A stretch of 64,000 bases of DNA from an uncultured candidate division Zixibacteria bacterium. GTDB lineage: Bacteria; Zixibacteria; MSB-5A5; RBG-16-43-9. Position numbers and translations under genes: made by a program. How positions within the stretch are numbered: the stretch's first letter is position 1; every line of letters starts with the position of its first letter. Below the pieces are notes generated by a model. That model was not told the DNA's origin. It was given only the letters and a program-made list of their open reading frames with translations, and ran no database searches. This document shows positions 40,913-50,489 of the stretch, piece after piece. The stretch is from contig OY970208.1 in assembly GCA_963713865.1 (NCBI GenBank), positions 2,464,001-2,528,000 of the forward strand, in the 5' to 3' direction.

Positions 40913-42010
40913 TTACTTTATAAACCTCCAGCATTCCCATCCGGAATGGCTCTGTTTGTGCTTCAAGCGTCCGAAGCGCGGCGGGCGGTAGAATACCTCT
41001 ACCCCCTCGCTCATCCCCGGCAGGATGTAGGCAGAGTCTTCGGCGCAATCGCAGTGCTCAATGGATGCCGGTGTTTGTCCCTTCAATGTGGTCAAGGCCT
41101 GATCGTAGACACTGTCGACGGAGTGCAAGAATCCCTGCACGCGATCCACATCGTACACGGCAACAGTGACCGCCGTCTGGATATCTTCTGTCAGCCGGTC
41201 GAACGCATGCTGAGCGAACATCTTCGCAAATGCAGACACATCTCCACCTGGCAAACCGACATCCAGCTGCTCAAATGGACCGAGATCGAAGTAAGAAAGA
41301 TGAAGATTGTCGGGAGAAGCGATGATGTATCGCCCGTACGGAGCAAGCGCGGCGATGGTGTGGGGTGTGCCGTTGAAACACGTGGAGAGTACGATGAGAT
41401 CGAACTTCGTGGAATCGCCTGTGATGCGTATCAATCCGTCGGCTAGGTCATCTACCGTGAACGTCCGATGCGAGTACGATGCATCGTAGCCGGCGCCGCC
41501 GAATTCAGGGATTTCGTGACCGAAGTAGAGGAACAATCTCACCAGCTGAGGTCGCTCTTCCGCGCGGAAGCGGTGATAGAGCTCCACTTCAGGATCGAAG
41601 CGAGATGGTCCCTGACCGCGCCAGTACGATTCTTTGGCAAGGAGCCGTCCGTTCCGGTAATAATAGAATTTTCCGTCACGGAGAGGAAAAAAGAGCAAGA
41701 TGTGCCTCCTGCGTCTTTCATGAAAGATGAACACCTCGGCTTGCGTGTTCCGCTCAGCGACCGTTTTCGCTTTTGCGAGAGCCTCCTCATCTGCTCTGTA
41801 CGCATTGCCGCGGGCATCATGATAGAGGTAGCCACCATCGCCGTGGATGATGCATACGATTGAGTAGCGCGGTGGTGTGAGCATACTCTCCTCCCCAAGC
41901 GGAGTTACACGGTGAGCAGGGAGGATGGAACTGCACGAAGAGAGGAACAACGCGAGTGCCACGCAGGAGCTGACACCCGCAAAGAGCATCGCAGCATCCA
42001 TGCGTGGCAC
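40913..42010 (-). CDS. Hypothetical lipoprotein, possible clan-CD (clostripain-like) peptidase
   Basis: Lipobox LSSC; YFGHE and FDLIVLSTC followed by YIIASP, as expected for a His-Cys dyad. Confidence 0.55.
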   Translation of the reverse strand: MPRMDAAMLFAGVSSCVALALFLSSCSSILPAHRVTPLGEESMLTPPRYSIVCIIHGDGGYLYHDARGNAYRADEEALAKAKTVAERNTQAEVFIFHERRRRHILLFFPLRDGKFYYYRNGRLLAKESYWRGQGPSRFDPEVELYHRFRAEERPQLVRLFLYFGHEIPEFGGAGYDASYSHRTFTVDDLADGLIRITGDSTKFDLIVLSTCFNGTPHTIAALAPYGRYIIASPDNLHLSYFDLGPFEQLDVGLPGGDVSAFAKMFAQHAFDRLTEDIQTAVTVAVYDVDRVQGFLHSVDSVYDQALTTLKGQTPASIEHCDCAEDSAYILPGMSEGVEVFYRPPRFGRLKHKQSHSGWECWRFIK

Positions 42011-42075
42011 TCGTGAAAAATCGTTTGAGAGGGCTTTGCATACCCAAGGCCGAGAATGTTCGCTCTCTGGAGAGA

Positions 42076-42525
42076 CTACGCCAGAAGGATCACAATGATT
42101 ATGATCAAGAGTAGCGCGACCAGGCTGATGGTTACCGTCTGGGCGGCCTGCTCCATATCCTGCACGACATAATCAGAGAAAGCATCCAGTTGCTCATCGG
42201 ACACACGCTCGTAACCATTAAGGCCCGTGAGCTCATCTTGTTTCTCTTGAAGGGTAGATTTTAAGAGAGCAATGCCGGCTTGATCGTGTTTCGAAATCAG
42301 CGGTGAGCTTTGAACTTTGTCCAGCGCTTTAGACATTTTTTCAAATGATTTGTTGAGGATTTCACGTTTCTGCAATGGATCGGTCGTCGCTTTCACTTTG
42401 AGTGAGGCGTTGTTAAAGTACTTTTGAAGACCGTCTTGTCCAAACGCAATCCCCGCATAAGCCATGACAAGCATCATCATGACAAACATCATGACGATCG
42501 ATCGGAAAGCTTTTCGTCCTGTCAT
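42076..42525 (-). CDS. Hypothetical exported protein with C-terminal membrane anchor
   Basis: AAGGAGGAG RBS, signal peptide, terminal hydrophobic helix. Confidence 0.7.
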   Translation of the reverse strand: MTGRKAFRSIVMMFVMMMLVMAYAGIAFGQDGLQKYFNNASLKVKATTDPLQKREILNKSFEKMSKALDKVQSSPLISKHDQAGIALLKSTLQEKQDELTGLNGYERVSDEQLDAFSDYVVQDMEQAAQTVTISLVALLLIIIIVILLA

Positions 42526-43122
42526 AACTCCTCCTTTCGTGGAATTGAAAAAAGTTAATTGGTTACCCGCGACGAAATGATTCCCATCTGATTTACCAGA
42601 TTATGCTCACACGCACTTTCTGATCAAAAATATAACTCCCCCTAAATCTTGTCAAGAAAAAAATAAAAAACGTGATAAATCTATCATTGCGGGGAATCCC
42701 GCAGTATGCGGGACGACGAAGCAATCCGACTCTGAAAATTTAAAATGTAGCGGAGGTCTTCAGACCTCCATCTCTTGGAAGACTAAAGTCTTCCGCTACC
42801 AAGGGCTCGCAAAGACACTTTCTGTGTAGTAGCTTGAGTTAGCGGTGGGTTAGGCTTCCTACCTCACCATAGGGAACAGGCAGTCCTGGCAACGGATCCT
42901 TAGGAGATGCCTGTTCTACCAACTTTAAAACAAAAAACCCAAGCTAAGAGCAACCTGGGTCTACCAGTTGATTAACTATTTACACTCAAATTTATCTCAC
43001 TCTAATATTAATTTGAATGTGTCCGTCGGGTCCCCCGACCCGACGGAAGAATAGCGATCCTAAAAGTGTCACCCTACAAAAATCTTTACGGTCACGAATC
43101 ACGGACAACAGTCATCCTCTTT

Positions 43123-45009
43123 TCACTCCATTATCAATTTCTCAAACTGATCCACTAAGCTGTTGAAAAGCTCAATCGTTTTATTAATCGGTTCCGGGGA
43201 AGTCATATCCACACCTGCTTTTTTCAGGATATTGATCGGATAATCAGATGAGCCAGTCTTAAGAAAACTCTGATACTGGGCTAAGGCTTCCTTATTACCC
43301 TTATGAATCTCCGTGGAAAGATAGGTGGAAGCCGCATAAGAGGTGGCATATTGATAGACGTAGAAGTTCCGGTAGAAATGGTAGATTCGAAGTGCACCTA
43401 AATCGCTTATCGAATCCCGGTAAAGCTCCGGACCCCAATACTTCTGTAAAATCTCTCTATATACTTTTCTGGTCACACTGGCTGACAGAGCTTCTCCTTT
43501 TTCCATCTTCTCATGAGCTGTTTTATCAAAATCCGCTAAAAGAGTCTGCAAATAGAAAGTCCCGATGATCTGCTGAATATAATATTCCAATAGATAGAGC
43601 TTCTGGTTTTTGTCTTTAGCGTGATCGATCATATATTGTATAAGAAGCGCCTCATTGGTAGTAGAGGCAACTTCTGCGGTGAAAATAGAGTGCCCTCCAT
43701 AAACATAAGGTTCGTTCTTACTAGTATAGTAACGATTTAAACAATGACCCATCTCATGGGCAACGGTAAACATATTTTCCAGAGTATTATTATAGTTTAG
43801 TAACATATAAGGATGTGTGGCATAAGATCCCCAGGAATAGGCACCGCTATTCTTACCTTCTGTTTCAAATACATCCACCCAACCTGAATTGAATCCCATC
43901 TTTAAATCTTTTAAATAATCTTTTCCCATGGGAGCTAACGCCGTTTGAATAATCTTCAAAGCAGAATCATAAGGTATCTCCATCTTCGCTTCCGGGACTA
44001 AGGGAACGTAAAGGTCGTAAGTGTAGAGTGTATCTACTTTGAGAACCTTTTTTCTCAGGGATATATATCTGTGCAGAGGTTCTAAATTATTGCTTACCGC
44101 TTGAATTAAATTCTCATAAACCGAGACCGGAATGTTGCTATTATCCAGGGAGGCTTCTAAGCAGGAATTATATTTACGTGCCCGGGAAAAGAAAATATCT
44201 CTATTAAGCTGAGTAGTTAAAGTTGCTCCTAAAGTATTCAGATATTTCAGATAGGTCGAATTATAAGCATAACTTGCATCCCGCCTGACACGTCGGTCAG
44301 TCGATTCTAAAAACTTAGAGTATCTTTCTTTGGTGAGCTGAACCTCCTCCCCATTCTCATCTTTAATCGAGGGGTATTTTATATCCGCATCATCTATCAT
44401 CGTGAAGATCTTCAAGGGACCCTGGGCCAAATCTCCGGACAAGGCTAAAATCCTCTCCTCTTCAGGAGACAGGATATGAGCTTTGGTGCGCAATAGATTA
44501 TCAAAATAGAACTGATATAAACCCAACCCTTTTTCCGATTGAATGAAGCTTTTGATCTCTTCATCCGGAATGGTCAGTATCTCCGGCTGGATAAAAGAAG
44601 TGGCTTCATCTAACTGGGTATTCAGACCTGTTATGCGATCGGACAATTGCTGGAAATTGGAATTCCTGGTATCCTCATCTAATTTCATATTGGCATAAAC
44701 GTACAGTTTTCCCATAACGATTGAAACGCTGTCATTCAAAGCCAAACAGTCATAAAGCTTTTTACCAGATTCAGCTAAATGTCCCTTAAAAGCGGAGACC
44801 TGAGGGATAAGCTCTTTTATCTTAATGAAATCTTTTTCCCAGGCTTCAGTCGTGGGGTAGATATCTTCCAGTTTCCATTTGTATTTGTCCGCTATATCTG
44901 AACGCTGGGGAATCGCTTTGGTTTTGGACTGGGCAAAAACGTTAGCCACGCAAAGCAACAGAAAAAGTATAACCACCCCTGAGACGAAAAATCTCTCAAC
45001 CTTTTTCAT
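43123..45009 (-). CDS. pepF: Oligoendopeptidase F (M3B) with signal peptide
   Basis: WKLEDIY, GKNSGAYS, HEMGH, AEVAST, HFY..FYVYQYA. Confidence 0.92.
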   Translation of the reverse strand: MKKVERFFVSGVVILFLLLCVANVFAQSKTKAIPQRSDIADKYKWKLEDIYPTTEAWEKDFIKIKELIPQVSAFKGHLAESGKKLYDCLALNDSVSIVMGKLYVYANMKLDEDTRNSNFQQLSDRITGLNTQLDEATSFIQPEILTIPDEEIKSFIQSEKGLGLYQFYFDNLLRTKAHILSPEEERILALSGDLAQGPLKIFTMIDDADIKYPSIKDENGEEVQLTKERYSKFLESTDRRVRRDASYAYNSTYLKYLNTLGATLTTQLNRDIFFSRARKYNSCLEASLDNSNIPVSVYENLIQAVSNNLEPLHRYISLRKKVLKVDTLYTYDLYVPLVPEAKMEIPYDSALKIIQTALAPMGKDYLKDLKMGFNSGWVDVFETEGKNSGAYSWGSYATHPYMLLNYNNTLENMFTVAHEMGHCLNRYYTSKNEPYVYGGHSIFTAEVASTTNEALLIQYMIDHAKDKNQKLYLLEYYIQQIIGTFYLQTLLADFDKTAHEKMEKGEALSASVTRKVYREILQKYWGPELYRDSISDLGALRIYHFYRNFYVYQYATSYAASTYLSTEIHKGNKEALAQYQSFLKTGSSDYPINILKKAGVDMTSPEPINKTIELFNSLVDQFEKLIME

Positions 45010-45335
45010 GGCACCTCCTCAATTTTTAATGGTTTATCTTTTCTTTTAATTACTCACCGTTAACTACCCACTAAATACGGTCTTTCTTCGAAAAGTTGCA
45101 AAAAATGACTGCTGAATAAGGAGATATCAAAAAGTGATTTTTCTCATTTAAAATCTACAGAAGTTTGATATTTTTTTAAGTGCATTCTAATAGCTATAAT
45201 AATGTAATTTTCTATATAGTTAGTAATGCCTTTTTTTTTAAGGAATGCAAGATATGAACAACAACATGGCTTTGAATCACAAACATGCAACTTAAACACG
45301 AAAGAATCCTAAATACCAATAACTATCATTTCCAA

Positions 45336-45418
45336 TGCCGAAGGGGGGATTTGAACCCCCACGTCTTGTGGACACTGCGCCCTGAACACAGCGTGTCTGC
45401 CAATTCCACCACTTCGGC
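45336..45418 (-). tRNA. tRNA-Leu (anticodon CAG); CCA not encoded
   Basis: GCCGAAG/CTTCGGC acceptor stem, GGAATTGGCAGAC D-arm, CTGTG-TTCAGGG-CGCAG anticodon arm, long variable arm, GGTTCAAATCC T-arm. Confidence 0.95.
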
Positions 45419-45670
45419 TCTGGGCTAATATAATTTTTCAGCAAGTCTTGAGCAAGAGAAATTTAAAAGATTTGTAGTATAATCTGTCATTCTGAGGAAG
45501 TTCGTCTTTGGCGAGACGACCGAAGAATCTGCTTAATTTCAGTGTGCCCGCAGAATGAACCCACTCAAAAATTGTAGGGATGGGGTAACCCCACCCCTAC
45601 AAAAAATCGCTTTTATGTCCGTCGCCCTCCTTAGGCGGACTGACCCGTTGGAATAAACAAATTTGAATTC

Positions 45671-47212
45671 TTACGCTTTAAACCTATCGGTAATCTCTTC
45701 TTCCTCATCTACAGAGAAGACCTTAAACTCATCTGCAGATAAATTCTCATCCTTTTCTGGCAGGATTTCTATTCTCAACATCCGGCACAGCTTTTTTATC
45801 CTGCTCTCTTTCCCTTCAGATAAGATCCGATAAACTTCTGGATGAATACAAAGCTTGAATTTTTTATCCACGGAGCGAACTTTTGCTCTTTTGAACCATC
45901 TTTCAATTTTGGCTGCCAAGGTTTCCTTGGATAAAACCCTGCCAATTCCGTTACAGGTGGGACAGGGCTGGCTGAAAGTATAAAGCAGGCTGGGTCTTAT
46001 CCTCTCCCTTGTCATCTCGACCAGTCCAAAATCTGATATGGGAAGGATGCTATGTTTTGAGCGGTCATTTTTAAATGAGGCTTTGAATTCCTCAAAAACT
46101 TTCTTCCGATTTTCAAAAGATTCCATATCGATAAAATCGACAATTATCAGTCCCCCTATATCTCTGAGTCTTATCTGACGGGCTATCTCCCGGGAAGCTT
46201 CTAAATTAGTCTTCAAGATAGTGGTCTGCTGGTCTGACTTTCCTACAAATCTGCCGGTATTAACGTCGATAGTAACCATAGCTTCAGTCTGATCGATGAC
46301 TATATACGCACCCTTTCTTAACCAGACCCTTCGATCTAACATTTTTTCAATCTGGCTTTCAATATTGTAGAAATCGAATATCGGTATATCCTTATCATAA
46401 AGGATTACCTTCTGTCTGAGACCAGGTGCTATCACCTGTAGATATGAGCGTATTTTTTTGTACTCCCACTTAGAATCGATCATCACCTGATTAACCTCAG
46501 ATGATAGCTGATCCCGGATCACTCTGGCAACCAGCCCCATATCCTTATGCACCAGTGCCGGAGCCTTTTTTTTCTCCGCCTCCCTTCTTATCTTTTTCCA
46601 TAAATTCAAAAGAAGCCGGATATCATTTTTAAATTCTTTCTGATTTTTCCCTTCAGCCACAGTGCGTATAATCGCACCAAACCCCTCTGGTTTTAGCTCT
46701 GAGACTACTCTTTTCAGCCTTTTTTTCTCTTCACGCTCAATTATCTTTCTGGATACCCCTATATGCTCTTCCCCGGGAACTAATACCAGATATCTTCCAG
46801 CTAAAGAAAGTTGTGAGGTAACCTTAGGTCCTTTAGTACCCATCTGCTCTTTCATTATCTGAACCAGAATTTCCTGCCCTTTTTTCAAAAGCTCCTCAAT
46901 CTTTTGTGGGGCTTTCTTTTTCTTTCTCTGGGCTAACTCCTCCTCTTCCAGGAAATCTGCTTCATACAACTCGGTGATGTCCGAGATATGTAAAAAAGCA
47001 CTCCTTTCCAGACCAAGATCTAAAAATGCTGCTTGCATCCCTGGAAGTACTGCCTTAACTATCCCCTTGTAAATATCCCCCACTATCCTTTCACTTTCAG
47101 GCCTTTCAACCCAGAGCTCCATCAATTTAGAATTTTCTAAAACCGCAATCCGGGTTTCAAATTCCGATGAGTTAATTATAATATCTTTCTGCAACTTAAT
47201 CTCTCCTGTCAT
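45671..47212 (-). CDS. rng: Ribonuclease E/G family
   Basis: S1 domain (VLPGMQAAF), IDVNTG, QIRLRDIGGLIIVDFIDM, CPTCNG. Confidence 0.9.
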   Translation of the reverse strand: MTGEIKLQKDIIINSSEFETRIAVLENSKLMELWVERPESERIVGDIYKGIVKAVLPGMQAAFLDLGLERSAFLHISDITELYEADFLEEEELAQRKKKKAPQKIEELLKKGQEILVQIMKEQMGTKGPKVTSQLSLAGRYLVLVPGEEHIGVSRKIIEREEKKRLKRVVSELKPEGFGAIIRTVAEGKNQKEFKNDIRLLLNLWKKIRREAEKKKAPALVHKDMGLVARVIRDQLSSEVNQVMIDSKWEYKKIRSYLQVIAPGLRQKVILYDKDIPIFDFYNIESQIEKMLDRRVWLRKGAYIVIDQTEAMVTIDVNTGRFVGKSDQQTTILKTNLEASREIARQIRLRDIGGLIIVDFIDMESFENRKKVFEEFKASFKNDRSKHSILPISDFGLVEMTRERIRPSLLYTFSQPCPTCNGIGRVLSKETLAAKIERWFKRAKVRSVDKKFKLCIHPEVYRILSEGKESRIKKLCRMLRIEILPEKDENLSADEFKVFSVDEEEEITDRFKA

Positions 47213-47276
47213 ATCTACCTGACTTTAGTCAGGTAGGTTTTATGCCCCGCCACAGCGGGATTGTTAATTGTGCCAT

Positions 47277-48065
47277 TCAAACTCTTCCATTCCGGATGAT
47301 ATGTAAGGCTTTTTCTATTTTTTCTAAATCCACCCTGGTATTCATACAGGGTCCAAAGGGACGTTTATTTAAAATTCCATAAACTGGAATAGGATAAACA
47401 TCCTGAATCCCGCTGGTCAAATCTCTTTCACAGGCAACCGCCACAATCACCGTCGGTCTTTTCTCCACTATCACCTTACGAGCCAGGGTTCCGCCGGTTG
47501 CAATCGAAAGAGGAGTATAGTATTTATCTCCCAATTCGATTATCTGACTGATCTGGCATTTGCCGCACATTCGGCAGTTGCGGTAATCCGTGGTAACTTT
47601 TTGCGGACAATCGTAATTCTGCAGACAGTGAGAAAGAAGAATCAAAATTCGCTCCGGGTTAATCCTCTTCCTGGTGGCATTGAACAGGGAATTATTAACC
47701 GCCACAAATGATTGTCTGATCTGGTCCTTTGACCATCCGAAAAGTCTGCTTAAAATTAGATTAATCGGGAAAAGAATTTTCAAGGTAATCTGTTTTTCAC
47801 CATGCGGGAAAAGAAAATCTTTTTCAGTTAAGGCCGATAAAATTATCAGGAAAAGACCACCGCTTATTATTGCCAGACCTATCCCCAGGAAGAGCTTCAC
47901 TCCTAAAGACAGGTATGGATTCAGACTACCCAGGCGGGGAGAAACTAAATACCAGAATCCGATTACCATAAGGACTAACACCAGAAGACTTAAAATCGAG
48001 AGAAATAAAAAAATACCTTTACCCTTGTTTTCATTGCTGGCTATTCGATATTCGCTGTTCGACAT
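47277..48065 (-). CDS. DUF116 family membrane protein
   Basis: SHCLQ, CRMCGKC, ATGGT, VACERDL, GPCMNT. Confidence 0.85.
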   Translation of the reverse strand: MSNSEYRIASNENKGKGIFLFLSILSLLVLVLMVIGFWYLVSPRLGSLNPYLSLGVKLFLGIGLAIISGGLFLIILSALTEKDFLFPHGEKQITLKILFPINLILSRLFGWSKDQIRQSFVAVNNSLFNATRKRINPERILILLSHCLQNYDCPQKVTTDYRNCRMCGKCQISQIIELGDKYYTPLSIATGGTLARKVIVEKRPTVIVAVACERDLTSGIQDVYPIPVYGILNKRPFGPCMNTRVDLEKIEKALHIIRNGRV

Positions 48066-48142
48066 TTGATATTCGCTTTTAGCTTTTTGAACTTTTTTTC
48101 AGCTACTTGCTACCAGCTACTTGCTTTTTTGACTTTTGCCTT

Positions 48143-49117
48143 TTAACCCAGCTTCTCCCCAATTTCTATCCTGTATCCTCTCAAAAACTCTTCAGCTTCA
48201 AGTTTTTTCTTACCTTCCAATTGAAGCTCCTTTAATCTTAAAATACCTTTCTGAGTTTGAACTAATAACCCGCTTTTCTGGTCTGCTTTAATTATTTTCC
48301 CAAACTCTGTTGAAGAGTTCTCATCTATCTCTACTTTAGTTTTATAGACCTTCAATAGTTTACCTCTCAAAAAAGTAAATGCTCCCGGTTGAGGAGAAAG
48401 ACCTCTTATCAGGTTATTTATTTCCTGAGCTGATTTCGACCAGTTGATTCTGCACAACTCTTCAGTTATCTTAGGAGCTAAGCTTACTTCTAAATCATTC
48501 TGAGCATAGGTTCTCACTTCTCTTTTTTCGATCAAGTCTATGGTCTCCAATAAAACTTCTGCTCCAATTATGGAAAGTCTTAAAGAAAGCTCTCCAAAAG
48601 TTTCCTCCGGATATATCTCAACCTCTTTTTGCAAGATAATCCCTCCAGTATCCACTTTCTTCTGGATAAAAAATGTTGTCAGACCGGTAATCTTTTCACC
48701 CTTAATGAGTGCCCAGTTTATCGGGGCAGCCCCTCTGTATTTCGGCAGAAGAGAGGCATGCAGATTGATTGTGCCCGAAGGAGGTAAACTGAAGATTCTC
48801 TCCGGAAGAATCCGGAAAGCTACAACCGTAATCAAATCCGGCTTTAATTCATTAAGAGCTCGATAGAATTCCTCAGATTTCAAATCCTCAGGAGTTAAAA
48901 CTTTTCTTGTGGATCTCCCACTGGATCCATTCTGGACAATTTCGGACAGGTTATGCTTCTCTGCAAATTCTTTCACTGGCGAAGGTAAAAGCTTCAAACC
49001 TCTCCCTCTGGGTTTATCCGGCTGAGTTACTATCCCTGCGATCTGATGCTTACTATTCAAAAGCAGTTCCAGACTGGGCAGGGCAAACTCAGGAGTTCCC
49101 ATAAAAACAATCCGCAT
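48143..49117 (-). CDS. fmt: Methionyl-tRNA formyltransferase with a 14-aa in-frame insertion
   Basis: FMGTPEFA, VTQPD, NLHASLLPKYRGAAPI. Confidence 0.96.
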   Translation of the reverse strand: MRIVFMGTPEFALPSLELLLNSKHQIAGIVTQPDKPRGRGLKLLPSPVKEFAEKHNLSEIVQNGSSGRSTRKVLTPEDLKSEEFYRALNELKPDLITVVAFRILPERIFSLPPSGTINLHASLLPKYRGAAPINWALIKGEKITGLTTFFIQKKVDTGGIILQKEVEIYPEETFGELSLRLSIIGAEVLLETIDLIEKREVRTYAQNDLEVSLAPKITEELCRINWSKSAQEINNLIRGLSPQPGAFTFLRGKLLKVYKTKVEIDENSSTEFGKIIKADQKSGLLVQTQKGILRLKELQLEGKKKLEAEEFLRGYRIEIGEKLG

Positions 49118-49264
49118 ATTTTTCGTTATTCGCTTTTCGCTATTGGCTTTTCGCTGTTTGTTTTTTAATATTCTTTTTAAGTTACTTGCTATTCCACCTT
49201 TGAACTATTGAACTTTTGAACCCTTGAACTTTTTAGCATTCAGCCTTTAGACTATAGACTATTT

Positions 49265-49771
49265 TTATCTTTCTTCTGAGATTTTTCTCAATTTTTTTCC
49301 TAAGAGTGTCCTTTTAATAGTGCTGAGATGGTCAATGAACAAAACGCCGTTCAGATGATCAATCTCGTGTAATAAAGCCCTACTCAAAAGCCCTTCTCCT
49401 TCAATCTCGACTTTATTCCCGGATAAATTCAAACCTCTTACTTTAACTTTACGTGCCCTGGTCACATTCTCATAGATCCCAGGAGCTGAAAGACATCCTT
49501 CCTCAATTACCTGCTCCTCTGAAGACTCAATTAATTCCGGATTGAGCATAATTACCGGTTCTTCTTCTCCGTCTATATGAATCCGGTCTATCACGAAAAT
49601 CCTTTTGGCAACTCCAACCTGATTAGCCGCCAGCCCGATCCCTTTAATAGACTTCAAAGTCTCCACCATATCCGCGGCTAACTTCTTGATTTCATCATCG
49701 ATAACTGAAATCTCCTCAGCCCTTCTTCTCAATACCGGATTCCCGTATTTTCTCAGCTTTAAAATAGCCAT
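49265..49771 (-). CDS. def: Peptide deformylase
   Basis: GIGLAANQVG, EGCLS, HEIDHLNG. Confidence 0.96.
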   Translation of the reverse strand: MAILKLRKYGNPVLRRRAEEISVIDDEIKKLAADMVETLKSIKGIGLAANQVGVAKRIFVIDRIHIDGEEEPVIMLNPELIESSEEQVIEEGCLSAPGIYENVTRARKVKVRGLNLSGNKVEIEGEGLLSRALLHEIDHLNGVLFIDHLSTIKRTLLGKKLRKISEER

Positions 49772-50001
49772 ACTATCTCGCTTATCGCTTTTAGCCTTTC
49801 GCTATTTGTTTTCTAACCCTGAACTGTTCGTGTTTACCAGGTCTCCTGAGCTGGTAAGTTCAAATCCCCTCTCCTTTTTAAGGAGAGGGTCAGGGTGATG
49901 TTTCCATTTTCGCTATTCGCTGTTCGTTATTCGCCTTTTGAACTTTTTTTCAGCTACTTGCTACCTGCTACCAGCTACATGCTTTTTTGACTTTAGCCTT
50001 A

Positions 50002-50322
50002 TTACTCTCCTTTCTCCACCCTTCCCGCGATAGAGCTTTTAAGAAACTCTATTTTCACTTCATCCGCCACTTTCAAAACTACGACATTTTCCTTCTCATT
50101 GAACCCTATAATTGTACCGAACATCCCTGAGTTAGTTACAACCTTATCCCCTTTTCTAAGGCTCTCTAACATTAGCCTGTGTTCCTTCTGCCTTTTCTGC
50201 TGAGGTCGGATTAAGAGTAAATAAAATACACCAATAATCAAAATCCAGGGTAGCCAGAGCAATATCCCTCCACTACTCTGTTGTCCGCCTTGTGTCCCCA
50301 TAGCATAAACGGATTCAAACAT
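50002..50322 (-). CDS. yajC: Preprotein translocase subunit YajC
   Basis: FYLLLIRPQQK, GDKVVT; follows tgt. Confidence 0.92.
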   Translation of the reverse strand: MFESVYAMGTQGGQQSSGGILLWLPWILIIGVFYLLLIRPQQKRQKEHRLMLESLRKGDKVVTNSGMFGTIIGFNEKENVVVLKVADEVKIEFLKSSIAGRVEKGE

Positions 50323-50489
50323 TTTTACTCCTTTCGAGTAAGTTTAAATTTTTTACGCATCCAAATCTTCTTTCTTTGTGAATAATTCGGCGGGCAAGGT
50401 TGCCCGCTCTACGAAAGAGTAATTGATTAGACGTCGTAGGCAGGGCTCCCGACCCTGCTAATTTAAGTTTTTTAGAGACCCTGTAAAAT

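Noticed and set aside
45336-45418. tRNA-Leu as attachment site for the neighbouring island
   Set aside because: No duplicated tRNA 3' end or integrase found; the island boundaries match pepF instead
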